Source: Eledone cirrhosa
Lineage: Eukaryota
DNA length: 64,000 bases
Assembly (NCBI GenBank): GCA_964016885.1
Contig: OZ024758.1
Coordinates: forward strand, 15,314,001-15,378,000
Reading direction: 5' to 3'
Below the pieces are notes generated by a model. It worked only from the letters and a program-made list of their open reading frames with translations, ran no database searches and was not told where the DNA came from. Each line of letters opens with the position of its first letter. Positions within the stretch are counted from its first letter, which is position 1. Below are positions 38,568 to 54,114 of this stretch, piece after piece. The position numbers were made by a program, and so were the translations under genes.

Positions 38568-41500
38568 TGCTCCAGTTAATTCTGCAATGAACTAGCATCT
38601 GATCCTTTGTCATTTAACGCCGATGAAACCAAGATAAGCTCTGGTTTGATGAGCCTCCCAGGCATTAACTTTGAACTGACACTAGACTAAAACCTCACAA
38701 AACTAAAAAGAAGGGCCATTACCCACAGCCTTCTTCTTAGGTCCTTGCAAAATGGTATGGTATGGTGTAGTCTGGTCTGGTCCCATAACTCCTGATGGAG
38801 TTTTAGGAGTGCTGTAGTGACATACCACATTTTGGGGGAATTTTAAGCCTGGTGGAGTCCATCTCCTCTCCAGATCTGAACACAGCATATTTCTTCCAGA
38901 GAAGGATAGAGAGTGATAAAGAGATATAGAGGAATTATCGACCCCAAAAGGATGAAAGGCAAAGTTGACCTCAGCAGGATTTGAACTCAGGAACAAATAC
39001 TGCAAATCATTCTGACATTCTAATGACTTTGCCAATTCGCCTCCTTAATACAAGATTACAAATTTAGTAAAAGAAAAAATAAATTTTAGATCATCTCAAG
39101 CTAGGCTAAAGAACCATGAGGTGCTAACTCCTGGTAGATAACATAATTTCTTGTGTGGTAAGTCTACCTTAAATAGCATTATACTTTGTGTGACCAAGAA
39201 TACAGATTTAATAAAAGAAAAGAAAAAAATTTTCGGAGCTACTTAGAGCCTCTCAAGTTAGGCTAAAGAGCCACAAGGTGCTGACTCTTGATAACTAACG
39301 TAATTTCTTGTGTGGTAAGTGTCAGAGCTGTAAATCTACCTTACATAGTGACATCTTTTTAACTTATTTTAATTGAACAATGTGTGCAGAACATTTGTAA
39401 TAGATTTTCTAATACTCAAGAGTGCCAGAGACAACCTAACTGTCAAGTTAACAGAAATTCATTATGGAATTATAATAATGAACTAGGAAAATCCTTTATT
39501 GTTAATTGCTTTTTGAAATTGTATTGTCAAGCCTGGCTTCTATCACTTCTATCCCTGCTGTTTCCACAATAGTATGACCACCATCACCATCACTGCCATT
39601 GCCACCATCATCACAACTATTACTTCCACTATCACCACCACCACTACCATCAACTGAAAAGTTCATAGGCTTACTCTGAAAGAGTGATGCTAGAGCTGTG
39701 AAATCTTGCATGCATTCATTTCAATTCTTATAAATGTTTCTACTTTAGGTACAAGGCCAGCAAATTGAAGCGGGGTGGGGGTCGATCAAATTGACCCCAG
39801 TGCATTACCGGTGTTTTATTTTATCGCCCCGCCCCCCTCTCCCATAGTGACGAAAGGGCAAAGCTAACCTCAGTAGGATTTGAACTCAGAGCGTAAAGGT
39901 CCATAACTCTATGCTGCAAAGCTTGGTGTCCAATGCTCTACCAATACTGCCAATCCACCGCCCAACTCTTCTTATCAATAATTACATTGTTTTTTTTCCG
40001 TGGACTATGTTGAAAAATAAACCTCATTTCGTCATTCCATGAGAGTATCTTGGTCAGCATATGAAACTTTTCTTCTGACCCTCGTAGAACTAACTGTTTA
40101 AGTGTTTGGAATATGTAGGATGTTGGACAAGGTCTTGGTTGGTAAATTTGGACTGAGAGTGATGCTAGAGCTGTGAAATGTTGCACACACTAATTTCAAC
40201 TCTTCTTATCAATAACTGCATTGTTTCTTTCCATGGACTATGTTGAAAAATAGACCTCATTTGGTCATTCCATGAGAGTATCTTGGTCGGCCAACCATCG
40301 TATTAACTCTTTTGTTACCAGCTTCTTAGATACCAACCTGATTATCATAGAGTATTTATTATTATTGTATTGTTGGCCTGCCATTGATTCTGCAGATTTT
40401 ATGATCAGCGGAAGAACCTACTTGTGAAATCAGCATGCAAGTGGCTGAGCATTCCACAACCACATGTAGCCTTAATGTAATTCTCAGGGAGATTCTACAA
40501 GTACAACTCAATGACCTTTCAACCGTGGCCCAAACACCTTTACTAATCCCAAGTGCCTTCACCAGTAAAGTGTTTATATTTGTCTAGAACTTTCCAATCA
40601 TAATTTTATGTAAGAACCTTTGTTAAGCTACACTCAAATAAATAATGAGACACCAAATAAATAATGAGAGTTCTATTACTAAATCTATTTAAATTCTTAT
40701 TTTCAAGATTATATAAAAACCATGGGAAGTGTCTTTCATTAGAAATATATTGTAATTAAAAGTTTAAAGTGTCCATATTTATATCAAAACCTTCCATCAT
40801 AATTTCATATTTTTTCGAAACACCAGTTTACTAATGAAAACATTATTTTACTAATTTCATACAAAGTCTTTTTACTATTTTCAAAATTAATTGAGATACA
40901 TTAGCCATTTATTTTATTAGAAATATGGGAACAAGAGTTGAATGGAACATCTTATTTCACAAGAAACATAACTGTTTCCTTTTATTAATGTTGAATAGTT
41001 TTTAAGAACTGGTTGGAAGTATTTTAATCATGTTGTTCCACAATGGAGATTAATATTAGCAACTTTGGTATTTTCCCTTCTTTTTATTTTATGTTCCTCA
41101 TTAAAAAAATCCCATTCTTTGTCAGATTTTAATCTTCTACTTAATCACACAAATGTTTATAGAGTTAATCTAGAAGATAAGATGGTATTTAATAGTGCAA
41201 TAATAAATTTTCACAAGAAAAGGGTACGGTTTAAACCTTTAGCATTTACATGACTCTATATTTACTCTACATTTAATATTGTATTTTCATGGTAAACACT
41301 TTACCTCACATAATATTGAATTTACAAGATTTTGTTATTTATTTTGAGAACAATACCATAACATAATTATGAGTGGTCAGTTACAGCCGGTTTGAACCAA
41401 AAGAGGTGAGAGAATTCTGGCCGGATATGGTTATTTTAAATGCCAAAGGGTTAACATATGTATGTGTGGCCAGTTACAGCCGGTTTGAACAGCAAAATCT

Positions 41501-43244
41501 TATAGACTTGATATTATGTGAGGTAAAACTTTTCATATCCGGCCAGAATTTTTTCACCTCTTTCTGTTCAAACCCACTGCTCATACTGATGTTAAGGTAT
41601 TGTTCTCAAAATAAATAATATCAAAATCTCATAGACTTGATATTATGAGGTAAAGCCTTTACCATGAAAATATAATAGTAAATATAATGTAAATGCTAAG
41701 GGCTTGATTTAAAACATAAATATTCTTCATTTAATCTCATACTTATTAAATTAATAATTGTTTCTACTTTTGGCACAAGGCCAGCAATTACCCAGTACAT
41801 TACTGGTACTTTATTGGTACTTTATTTTATCGACCCCGTAAGGATGAAAGGCAAAGTTAACCTTGGCGGGATTTGAACTCAGAATGGCAAGGGTCGTAAC
41901 TCTATGCGTTAAAGCATGGCGTCCAACCCTCTACAGATACTGCCAATCCACCACCCTATATATATAGAATAATATAAAGGCTAAAGGGTTAAAAACATTT
42001 TTATTACTTGTCTCACTAGCTGTTTTTGATTACTAACTGTAAGGAGCACTCGATACTTCCTCCCTAGTCTGCCATAGCTTACTAGCTCTATACGCACGTT
42101 TAAAATGAATGAATGAATGAATAAATAAATAAATAAATAAATAGCACTTTTAACTGCTGCCTGCCAACATTAGATTAGGGAGAGCTCTTGGTTGAAATCA
42201 TTTCATTTAATGGGAATTCATCCGACCCCTTCTGCTCTTCCTCCATCTTCCCAAATCACATGACTGACAAGCAATATCAACTCTCAGGTGTCAATTTAAA
42301 TTGAATTCTCATATTTAAAACTTCAAACTTTAAAACCCTATCTTTAATAAACGGATTCAACAAATAATTTTTTTTTTTTTTTTTGCTTTTTTTTTTTTAT
42401 TTTTTATTTATTTTTTTTTTTTTTTCATTTTATTTCTATTTTGATAAATATTCTTGGGTTTTTCCAGAGTCTGTTGTTGTTGTTGTTGTTGAGGGAACTC
42501 TACTTGGCCAGCTAGAAATATAATCTTAATATCCCTTAAACTACACCCTACTGACATTGTTGGCAGTTGTAGTGGTGATGGTGGTGGTGGTGTTAGTGAT
42601 GGTAGTGGTGTTGGTGGTGTTAGTGTTAGTGATGGAAGTGGCAGCGATGGTAGTGTTAGTGATGGTGGTGGTTTTGGTGGTAGAGATGGGTTAGTGATGG
42701 TGGTGGTGGTGATGATGGTTTGGGTGGTAGAGATGGTGGTGGTGGTGGTAGAGATGGTGATGGTGTTAGTAGTGTTGGTGATGGAAATGGCGGCGATGGT
42801 GGTATTGGGTGCAGTGGTGGTGATGGGGATGATGACAGTGGTGGCTGTGATGGTACTGACAATTATGGTGGCGGTGATGATGGTGAAGCTGCTACAATAG
42901 AAGCAGGTATTGTAATTTATTGCAAAGTAATTGTTGTTATTCACATCTCAGAACTGTTAACTGAAAGTTATTTGATGTTACAGGTTGGGGGGTGGAAAGG
43001 TGGGACAGATAATACATACATAAACCTGGTTTTCCTGCAGTGACAGTTATTAAATACGAATAAGAATAATGATCAAGTCGTAAGATTTACTGCTGTCACT
43101 ATTTTAGAACAAGGTTTTTACCAGGAAACAATTCTTCAGTTTGTCATTTCTTGTTGTTATTTTAACCCTTTAATGACCGTATTTTAAACAGTTCTTCTTT
43201 GCTTGGGAGCATTCAGCATCTCTTTAAACTCTTCAGCTAATCAT

Positions 43245-44168
43245 CAAAAAGCACCCAGCCCACACTGTAAAGTGGACGTGTAAAAGACACAGCAAAAAGC
43301 ACCCAACCCACACTGTAAAGTGGATGTGTCAAACACGACAAAAAGCACCCAGCCCACACTGTAAAGTGGACGTGTAAAAGACACAGCAAAAAGCACCCAG
43401 CCCACACTGTAAAGTGGACGTGTAAAAGACACAGCAAAAAGCACCCAGCCCACACTGTAAAGTGAACGTGTAAAAGACAGCAAAAAGCACCCAGCCCACA
43501 CTGTAAAGTGAACGTGTAAAAGACAGCAAAAAGCACCCAGCCCACACTGTAAAGTGGCCGTGTAAAAGACACAGCAAAAAGCACCCAGCCCACACTGTAA
43601 AGTGGCCGTGTAAAAGACACAGCAAAAAGCACCCAGCCCACACTGTAAAGTGGCCGTGTAAAAGACACAGCAAAAAGCACCCAGCCCACACTGTAAAGTG
43701 GACGTGTCAAAGACACAGCAAAAAGCACCCAGCCCACACTGTAAAGTGGACGTGTAAAAGACACGGCAAAAAGCACCCAGCCCACACTGTAAAGTGAACG
43801 TGTAAAAGACAGCAAAAAGCACCCAGCCCACACTGTAAAGTGGCCGTGTAAAAGACACAGCAAAAAGCACCCAGCCCACACTGTAAAGTGGCCGTGTAAA
43901 AGACACAGCAAAAAGCACCCAGCCCACACTGTAAAGTGGCCGTGTAAAAGACACAGCAAAAAGCACCCAGCCCACACTGTAAAGTGGCCGTGTAAAAGAC
44001 ACAGCAAAAAGCACCCAGCCCACACTGTAAAGTGGACGTGTCAAACACGACAAAAAACACCCAGCCCACACTGTAAAGTAGCCGTGTAAAAGACACAACA
44101 AAAAACACCCAGCCCACACTGTAAAGTGGCCGTGTAAAAGACATGACAAAAAACACCCAGCCCACACT
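43245..44168. repeat. 46-48-bp minisatellite (about 19 units) from the same SINE segment
   Basis: Unit aaaaagcacccagcccacactgtaaagtggccgtgtaaaagacacagc; continues into the SINE core and tail at 44170-44330. Confidence 0.92.
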
Positions 44169-44972
44169 GAAATGTGGTTGGCGTTAGGAAGGGCATCCAG
44201 CCGTAGAAAACCAGCCAGAAACGCCCCTATTTGAGCGAGACACGGTCATCCGACACAACTTGCCTTAAAATAGGACCCGTCTAACCCATGCTAGCGTGGA
44301 AGATGGACGTTAATCGATGATGATGATGATATATATATATATTGTATTATTTATTTTGTAGCTCAAGTTGAGAACTGTTCACTTTTTCTGTTTTGTTTTG
44401 TTCAGAATTCTCTCACCTCTTTCTGTAGCTGGCCACTCATACTGATGTTGAGGTATTTTTCTCAAAATAAATATCAAAATCTTATAGATTCAATATTTTG
44501 TGAGGTTAAGTGTTTACCATGATGAATGACTAGTGTCTTTCATTTTTAAGAGGTCAATAAAATAAAGTACCAGTCACGTACTGGAGTTTCAATTTAATTG
44601 CCTTACACCCTTCCCTTGCCTTCAAATTGCTGGCTTTGTGCCGAATGTAGGGATAATTATTAACATAACTCATTAAATGTACTGAAACAATGCCAAATAA
44701 GGTTTGGTCATGTTGGACATTATACCTTCTGCTTCTAAACCAACCTGTAATATTAAAATGGCAGAAGTGCTGCCTAACAACCATGGATTCAGTTGTTGGA
44801 CTCAGCAGATATTCAGATATTTAAGAATTCATCCCAAACTTTACAAATCTCTGTAAACTGACTTTAGCCATTAATGTTGTTCTTCATTCTATTTCTCTCT
44901 CTCTCTCTCCTCTTCTCTCTCTCTCCTCTTCTCTCTCTCCTCTTCTCTCTCTCCTCTTCTCTCTCTCCTCTC

Positions 44973-45004
<32 letters not shown>

Positions 45005-45398
45005 CACTACTCTCTCTCTCTCTCTCTCCTCTACTCTCTCTCTCTCTCCTCTACTCTCTCTCTCTCTCTCTCTCTACTCTTCTCTCTCTCTCTCCTCTAC
45101 TCTCGCTCTCTATCTCTCTCTCTACTCTTCTCTTTCTCTCGTTCTCTCTCTCTCTCCACTCTTTCCCTCTATATTTCTCTCTCTGAGTGGGCGTGTGACT
45201 GTCTATGTCTGTGTGTATGTTTGTGTGTGTGTTAGTGAATGTTTGGAGCAAAGTTTAATTAGGCAATCCTAAACAATTAGGAGGTTTTGGAGTGCCAAAT
45301 TTATTAATATCTCGAACCTTTGCTGGCATGGAAGATGGACATTAAATGATAATGGTGGTAGTGATGAGGGTGGTGATGATGATATCTCCACATTGAGA

Positions 45399-45473
<75 letters not shown>

Positions 45474-45783
45474 AAAAATCAGAATGGATGCAATAAACCC
45501 AGAGTACTCGATACTTGGAGTAGTAGAGTATGGTAATATGAAGGATTCAGGACCCTGATAGATGAGCTCATACTCAATACCTCAACACCGTTCGGAACTA
45601 GCTGTTAACGACGGGAGCTTAGTCATCGGAGTCCCGAATCCTTCATATAAATTAAATTTGCTACGGTAAGATTCTTTTGTTATCTTAGCGATTTAATTTT
45701 CTTTTTAATGCATTGTTTGGTTTTCAAAATTATTTTAATTTGTGTTTTTTATTCAACAATGCTTCAAGCAAGCTACAAAACTC

Positions 45784-45835
<52 letters not shown>

Positions 45836-46593
45836 AAAAGTTCTATTTAAATTGTTGGGATACAACAAGCAAATATTTTTATAACTGATATAAAGCACTC
45901 AACAAATAATTGGAGTAACGGCTTATTTAAAAATATCCAATTCTAACTTACCTAATAGTATAATTAAAGATATAACTCCACTATCCGGGAGCTTCCAACA
46001 GTAATGGTTGCATTCTTTAAGGGTATGTCAATATTTATTTATAAAACTCACTGGACCGAGACCTTTGGCGGTACTCAGTAACAGAGAAGACCCGCCTTAC
46101 CTAAATACATAGTAAAACCTTCTACAGTCAGTAGGCATCTCTAACAAAATACACCCCCACCCCATCCACACCGCCCCCTTCTATGTAAAGTTATGTTGGT
46201 GCCACACCATCCAGGCCGAAACAAATGAGATTGTGTAGGTGTCACGACAAAAAAACACACAGTCCACGCTGTAATGTGGCCGTGTAGACAACACGGTAAA
46301 AACCTCCCAGTTCCACACTGTAAATGTGGTTGGTGTTAGGAAGGGCATCCAGCTGTAGAAAACCTGCCAGGCAGTCCTATGCGAGCAAGACAATCACTCT
46401 TGCCTCAAGTGGGAAAACCCCCGTCCAAACCCATGCAGGCATGGAACACGGACGTTAAACGTTGATGATGATGATGAAAACTGCTCTATATTTTATTTTA
46501 TCTGATGAAAGCACACCATAATTTAACTTGGTGTCCTTGAAATATGTATAATGAAATATGGTTTTATAAATATAGTTTCCATTTGTTAATATC

Positions 46594-46628
<35 letters not shown>

Positions 46629-46740
46629 TAAAAGAAAGAAACATTAGCTAATAGTCCTAACAGCTCTGTGTCTCTAAAAATATGATGGGGTAGTCATGGT
46701 TGACTTGGAGGATAGACAATAGCAGCACCACCATTACTGT

Positions 46741-47350
46741 TTAACCCTTTATGTACTGATCCACCTAAAACCACTCCTGGTTCTACAATACAAAACTATT
46801 TGTTTTAAAGTGTTATATTTATCTAAAAACCTCCCATCATAATATTATGTAAGAACTTTTAAGTTATCTTCCAACCATGTTTGGTTTTTTGATACAAAAC
46901 TGCTTGAAAATACCCTTGGTTGTATGATACAAAACTTTGTTTTAACGTGTTTATATTTATCTAAAATTCTTCCACCGTAATTTTACGTAAGAACCTTTGT
47001 TAAGCTATGTTCCAACCATTCCTGGTTTTATGATTAAAAAAAAACTTTGTTTTATAGTGTTTATATTTAACTAAAAATTTTCCATCATAATTTTATGTAA
47101 GAACCTTTGTTAAGCTATGTTCCAACAACTCCTGGTTTTATGACACAAAACTGTGTTATAGTGTTTATGTTTATCTAACAACCTTCCATCATAAGATGAG
47201 TCAGAACCTTTGTTTAGTTTTGTTCCAAACAGCTTAATAATGAGGAAATTTGTTACACTCCTAAATCCTTCTAAATCCCTGGTTATTTTCATAATTATTT
47301 GTAAAGCATACAAATTGTATTTAATTAGAAATGTGGTAACAAAAGAGTTA
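46741..47350. mobile_element. Second TTAA-flanked MITE family with internal repeats (relatives about 40283-40940 and 58920-59210)
   Basis: ttaaccctttat...attagaaatgtggtaacaaaagagttaa, with repeated internal ccatcataattttatgtaagaacc blocks. Confidence 0.55.
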
Positions 47351-50177
47351 AAGTCTAATAATAGTTATAGACTGTTTAGTTCTACAGAACAAAGTTTTTC
47401 TATGTATTTAAATGTAACTTAATCTTGCATCACTTCATCTTCTGGTCTGGCTAATGTCAGTTAGTTCCTAATTTCTAACACTCTTTCAGCCAGTACATTT
47501 ATCTCATCATAATCTATAAGCAAAGCAACAGTCTTATTTTATATATACACCCACTCTGACTAATGCTTTTCACATCCAGTTGCTATCCCAGTTTACTCCA
47601 CAGCTCAAACTGTTTTATACGCAAATTGTAAATAATATATAATAAATAAAATCGTTAGTATATATTATATTATTTATTATAAATAAATTATGTATAAATA
47701 ATATATGTATCGTTTGATATTTAATGTACTATTATATCATCTCTACCCAGCATCGCCTGGACCTTCTCAATGCCCCCCCCCCCCATCAGGAGGCGGTAGC
47801 ACCCACTTTGAGAACTTCTGGTCTATAAGCAAAGCAACAAACAGCTTTATTTTGTATAAACTCTAACTCCGACCGCTGACTAATGCTTTTCACATCTAGT
47901 TGCTATCCCAGTTTACTCCACAGCTCAAACTGTTTTATATATCAAGGTCAAATTGCTGTTCAGCCAATCAAACAAGCAGTTATCTTCACATCATCATCAT
48001 CATCGTTTAACGGCCATTTTCCACACTAGCTTAGATAAGATGGGCTGTTCTTTTGTGAGAGATCTGGTTAGAGGACTGTTTCGCTCCTGCAGGGCTGATT
48101 TTGGCTTGGTTTCTATGGCTGGATGCCAAGCGAACAGTGTATGAGTCATGATATACACACATGCATGCATGTGTATGGAGGGGGAGTATTAGGTGTAGTG
48201 TTGGCGAATTTCAGGAAGCATGGAAGTTTTGAATGATGCAGTGTCCTGACAGCTAATAACTGATGCGGGTAGTTTGTTCCATGCTTCATGAAAAAATGTT
48301 TCCAAAAGTCATGGGAGCGCTGTACTGTTTTCTTTTATATTACATCTCTCAAAATTCTTGATTATTTTCAAATTTATTTGAAAGTTATAGGCAGTGTCTT
48401 TCATTAGAAATATGGTAATGAAAGGGTTAATGACATACTCAGTGTCTTTCATTAGAAATATGGTAACAAAAAGGTTAATGACATAGGCCGTCTTTCATTA
48501 GAAATATGCCTACGAACAAAAGTTAAGACCTTATATTAACCTTCTGGAGGCTGAATGTTTTTATGAATTTCTTCCTTTGATACTGTAGCATGTATTAAAG
48601 GGTGATTACTCTGTCAGCGCCTTCAGTCATACACAGCACAAGATAGTTAAGATATTTCAAGGAGGATGTGTATAACTAAGATGTAGTCTCTTTATTTTAC
48701 AACATAAGTGTTCCAATATACTTGTATCTTCTATTTAGTTATTTACATTAAATTTACCTTTCTACTTGAGGCTACATACCACCACCACCACCACACAAGT
48801 CCAGCTACAATCTGCTCGTTATTAACAGAAGTTATTAATTTTAGACATCAATTGTTACAACCCATTATCTTTGCTTATTATTACTGATCGATTTTTCTAG
48901 AATTTTATTCTACTACATTGTCTAAATCTGTGAGACACAACTTACCACAATAATTAAACTTTTCCAGATTATTAACCTCAATTTTTATGTTTACACATTT
49001 TGATCAGTATGTGACCTCAAATCTACATCTGCTGTTACTTTACACTTTTCATACCAAACTGTCTGACCTCCAGCCATACTCCTCCCCTACCCTGGTTCTA
49101 GGATACAAAACTGTTTATATCTATATACTACTTAAAACTGTGTTATTGTGTGCTTGTCTGTAATTTAATACACTCAAAATGGCGCTTAATAGGAAAATAC
49201 TTTGAAAAGAAGTTGCCCCTGAAACGGCAATACAAATGGTATAAAACAAGTTTCGTGTAAATCGGTGCCCAGGTTCCCAAGATACAGGGTTTTTCCGGGT
49301 ACCTTCATAAATAGCCATCAGCTCCGTGATAACCACTAACCCTTTCTTTATATATTATAACTCCCTCTCTTTCTATCCATTATAACCCCTTCTCTTTCTG
49401 TATATTGTAACCCTATCTATATATATATATTACTAGATTAGCCCTTCTAAACACCAGCTTAATAGTCTAAAGTGTGTCTTAAGCCAGAAGGCTCATGAAG
49501 CCAGTGCTTATCCTGGTTTCATGGCGTGAAGGGACTGAGAGTACAAGACTTTCCCCTGGACAGGACGCCAGTCCATTGCAGGGTTAAACCTCCAGCTATT
49601 GCTGGTACTCATTTTCAGCTGAGTATACTGGAGCTATGTGAAAAGAAAGGGTTAATGACATAGGCAGTGTCTTTCATTAGAACACAACACACAATCCAAC
49701 CCAGGAATCAAACCCACAACATTATGATCATAAGTCCAATACCCTTACCACTAGGCCATGCACTTCCACTTAGCTTAATAATGAGAAGCTTAGTTTTATT
49801 AAATCTCTCCAAATTCATGATTATATTTAAAGAATATTTAGAAAAGCGTAAGCCGAGTATTTTATTAGAAATATGGTCATGAAAGGGTTAACCATCTCCT
49901 CTCATCTCGTTCTATAATACAAAATTGTTTGTTTTAAAGTGTTTACGTTGATCTTAAAATCTTCTGCCATAATTTTATGTAAGAACTTTTAAGTTCCATT
50001 CCAAACAGCAGCTTAATAATGAAAAACTTAATTGTTTTATTAAATCTCTCCACATTCTTGATTTTTATGGGAAATCATGAGCCATATATTTCATTAGAAA
50101 TCGTCTCCCCCTCCAACACAAAATTATTTGTTTTTAAATGTTTATATTCCACACACCAACAATAGTGAGAGGTTTAA

Positions 50178-50398
50178 CCCTTTACCATTTACATTACTCT
50201 ATATTTACTTTTATATTTTCATGCTAAACACTTTACCTCACATAATTATCTCACATAATATCGAATCTATGTTATTTTGATAGTATATATTTTGAGAACA
50301 ATACCTTAACATTAGTATGAGCAGCCAGTTACAGACGGCTTGAATAGAAAGAGGTGATAGAATTCTGGCCAGATATAGCCAGTTTAAATGCTAAAGGG
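50178..50398. mobile_element. piggyBac-like MITE, unit length
   Basis: TTAA TSDs and ccctttaccattta / taaatgctaaaggg TIRs. Confidence 0.78.
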
Positions 50399-51919
50399 TT
50401 AACCCTGCAGTTGACTGGCATTGTCCACGGGGAGAGTCTTGTACACACAGTTGCTTCACGCCATGAAACCAGGATAAACACCAGCCTAACGAGCCTTAAA
50501 TGGCTTACGACAGACTCTAGATATAGAGACCTAGTTAGGAATATTCTTTCTGTAGTCACCATATTTTAGTATCATTGTACAGCTACAGATAAAGATCGTC
50601 TATTGATATCTTGGAATATATTAGTAATGTGTGCCATAGCAAGAATATACATACTCTGTAGTTTTGAAGCATTTGTAGTAAGTCATTTAGTTGATAAGCA
50701 AGATAGTTCGACATAACTATGGTCGGTTGTTTTTCTCACAGACTGAATTGGAATAAAATTGATAACGGAGAGAATGTGTTGCTGGCTTGGCATTGGATCA
50801 GATGTTGTTCTTCATGTCGCAGTGTAGTCCATCACCATCGTTGTCATCATCATCATCATCATCATCATCACCGGCTTCATCTTCATCACCATTGACATCA
50901 TCATCATCATCATCATCACCATTGACATCATCATCATCATCACCGTCTTCATCACCAGTCATCATCGTCATCATCACCACCATCACCACCATCGTCATCA
51001 TCACCGCCTTCATCACCATTGTCATCGTCATCATCATCATCACCGTCTTCATCACCATTGTCATCACCGTCATCATCATCCCCATTGTCATTATCATTAT
51101 CATCATCACCACCATCACCGCCATCATTGTCATCATCACCGTCTTCATCACCATTGTCATCGTCATCATTGTCATCACCGTCATCACCGTCATCATCATT
51201 ACCATCATCACCACCACCACCATCATCACCACCATCATCACCACCACCACCACCACCACCATCATCACCATCATCACCATTACCATCACCATCATCACCA
51301 TCATCACCATCATCACCATCACCACCATCACCACCATCACCACCACCACCATCACCATCACCATCACCATCACCACCATCATCATTACCATCACCACCAT
51401 CATCATTACCATCACCACCATCATCATTACCATCACCACCATCATCATTACCATCAGAGGCAGTGGATTGGCAGTATCGGTAGAGGGTCGGACGCCATGC
51501 TTTGCAGCATAGTTACGTCCCTTTACGATCTGAGTTCAAATCCTGCCGAGGTTGACTTTGCCTTTCATCCTTACGGGGGTTGATAAAATAAAGTACCAGT
51601 AATGTACTGGGTAATTGCTGGCCTTGTGCCTAGAGTAGAAACAATTATTATTATCACGCCCACTGCTGTGTGTATCAGGTTTGGAATAGGTACATTGTGC
51701 CCCTACCTCTCTCAAGAGGTGACTAAAAGCAGTTGGCTGTAAAGCAATATCACAAAAGGACTTCATAATGAGTTTTTTAGCTTATGTAGCTTTTCAAAGC
51801 TGACCCCTGCTTTAGCAAGGGAAATGGCCTTAAAACACTTGCATCATCATCACCACCAAATTTTCACTTTTGGATTCCATTCCTATTACCTTAGGCTGTT
51901 GGGACTTTGCTAGCTGTCG

Positions 51920-53750
51920 CCCCAGCCCACACTGTAAAGTGGTCGTGTAGGTGTCACAACAAAAAGCACCCAGTACTCACTGTAAGGTGGTCGTGTAGGT
52001 GTCACAACAAAAAGCACCCAGTACTCACTGTAAGGTGGTCGTGTAGGTGTCACAACAAAAAGCATCAGTACACACTGTAAAGTGGTCGTGTAGGTGTCAC
52101 AACAAAAAGCACCCAGTACTCACTGTAAAGTGGTCGTGTAGGTGTCACAACAAAAAGCACCCAGTACTCACTGTAAGGTGGTCGTGTAGGTGTCACAACA
52201 AAAAGCATCAGTACACACTGTAAAGTGGTCGTGTAGGTGTCACAACAAAAAGCACCCAGTACTCACTGTAAGGTGGTCGTGTAGGTGTCACAACAAAAAG
52301 CATCAGTACACACTGTAAAGTGGTCGTGTAGGTGTCACAACAAAAAGCACCCAGCACTCACTGTAAAGTGGTCGTGTAGGTGTCACAACAAAAAGCACCC
52401 AGTACTCACTGTAAGGTGGTCGTGTAGGTGTCACAACAAAAAGCATCAGTACACACTGTAAAGTGGTCGTGTAGGTGTCACAACAAAAAGCACCCAGTAC
52501 TCACTGTAAGGTGGTCGTGTAGGTGTCACAACAAAAAGCATCAGTACACACTGTAAGGTGGTCGTGTAGGTGTCACAACAAAAAGCACCCAGTACTCACT
52601 GTAAAGTGGTCGTGTAGGTGTCACAACAAAAAGCACCCAGCTCACTGTAAGGTGGTCGTGTAGGTGTCACGACAAAAAGCATCAGTACACACTGTAAAGT
52701 GGTCGTGTAGGTGTCGCAACAAAAAGCACCCAGTACTCACTGTAAAGTGGTCATGTAGGTGTCGCAACAAAAAGCACCCAGTACTCACTGTAAAGTGGTC
52801 GTGTAGGTGTCGCAACAAAAAGCACCCAGTACTCACTGTAAGGTGGTCGTGTAGGTGTCACAACAAAAAGCACCCAGTACTCACTGTAAAGTGGTCATGT
52901 AGGTGTCACAACAAAAAGCACCCAGTACTCACTGTAAGGTGGTCGTGTAGGTGTCACAACAAAAAGCATCAGTACACACTGTAAGGTGGTCGTGTAGGTG
53001 TCACAACAAAAAGCATCAGTACTCACTGTAAGGTGGTCGTGTAGGTGTCACAACAAAAAGCATCAGTACTCACTGTAAAGTGGTCGTGTAGGTGTCACAA
53101 CAAAAAGCAGCAGTACACACTGTAAAGTGGTCATGTAGGTGTCACAACAAAAAGCAGCAGTACACACTGTAGAGTGGTAGTGTAGGTGTCACGACAAAAA
53201 GCATCCAGCACACACTGTAAGGTGGTCGTGTAAATGTCACAACAAAAAGCATTTAGTACACACTGTAGAGTGGTAGTGTAGGTGTCACGACAAAAAGCAT
53301 CCAGCACACACTGTAAGGTGGTCGTGTAAATGTCACAACAAAAAGCATCTAGTACACACTGTAGAGTGGTAGTGTAGGTGTCACGACAAAAAGCATCCAG
53401 CACACACTGTAAGGTGGTCGTGTAGGTGTCACAACAAAAAGCACCCAGTACTCACTGTAAGGTGGTCGTGTAGGTGTCACACAACAAAAAGCATCCAGCA
53501 CACACTGTAAGGTGGTCGTGTAGGTGTCACAACAAAAAGCATCCAGCATACACTGTAAAGTGGTCGTGTAGGTGTCACGACAAAAAGCATCCAACACACA
53601 CTGTAAGGTGGTCGTGTAGGTGTCACAACAAAAAGCATCCAGTACTCACTGTAAGGTGGTCGTGTAGGTGTCACAACAAAAAGCATCCAGTACACACTGT
53701 AGAGTGGTCGTGTAGGTGTCACGACAAAAAGCATCCAGCACACACTGTAA
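51920..53750. repeat. 47-48-bp minisatellite (about 38 units) from the same SINE segment
   Basis: Unit aaaaagcacccagtactcactgtaaggtggtcgtgtaggtgtcacaac; continues into the SINE core and tail at 53750-53910. Confidence 0.92.
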
Positions 53751-54114
53751 ATGTGATTGGTGTTAGAAAGGGCATCCAGCTGTAGAAACCAAGCCAGAAA
53801 CAGTTCTGTGTGAGCAAGTCATGGTCACCTGATCCAACTTTCCTCAAATGGAACATCCTGTCTAATCCATGCAAGCGTGGAAAATAGATATTAAAAGCTG
53901 ATGATGATGATGCTGAAGTTGATAGCTACTTGCAACACCCAACAGCTATATGAGCCAATTTGAATATAAGCCAACACTCCCACCCCTACCCTTCTCCCAC
54001 TTTATGTCTGAGAAATCGACAAAAAATCCAAACCTTATTTATAAGCCAAGGCAGCTAATCAACACATTACATTTAGATGGAATGGTTTTGAAATTCTCAT
54101 GAGTGGAAAATATA

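Noticed and set aside
51920-53750. Regular 48-bp arrays (also 25865-26343 and 43245-44168) as CRISPR arrays
   Set aside because: Units are head-to-tail with no unique spacers, no cas genes are present, the context is eukaryotic, and the units are SINE-derived.
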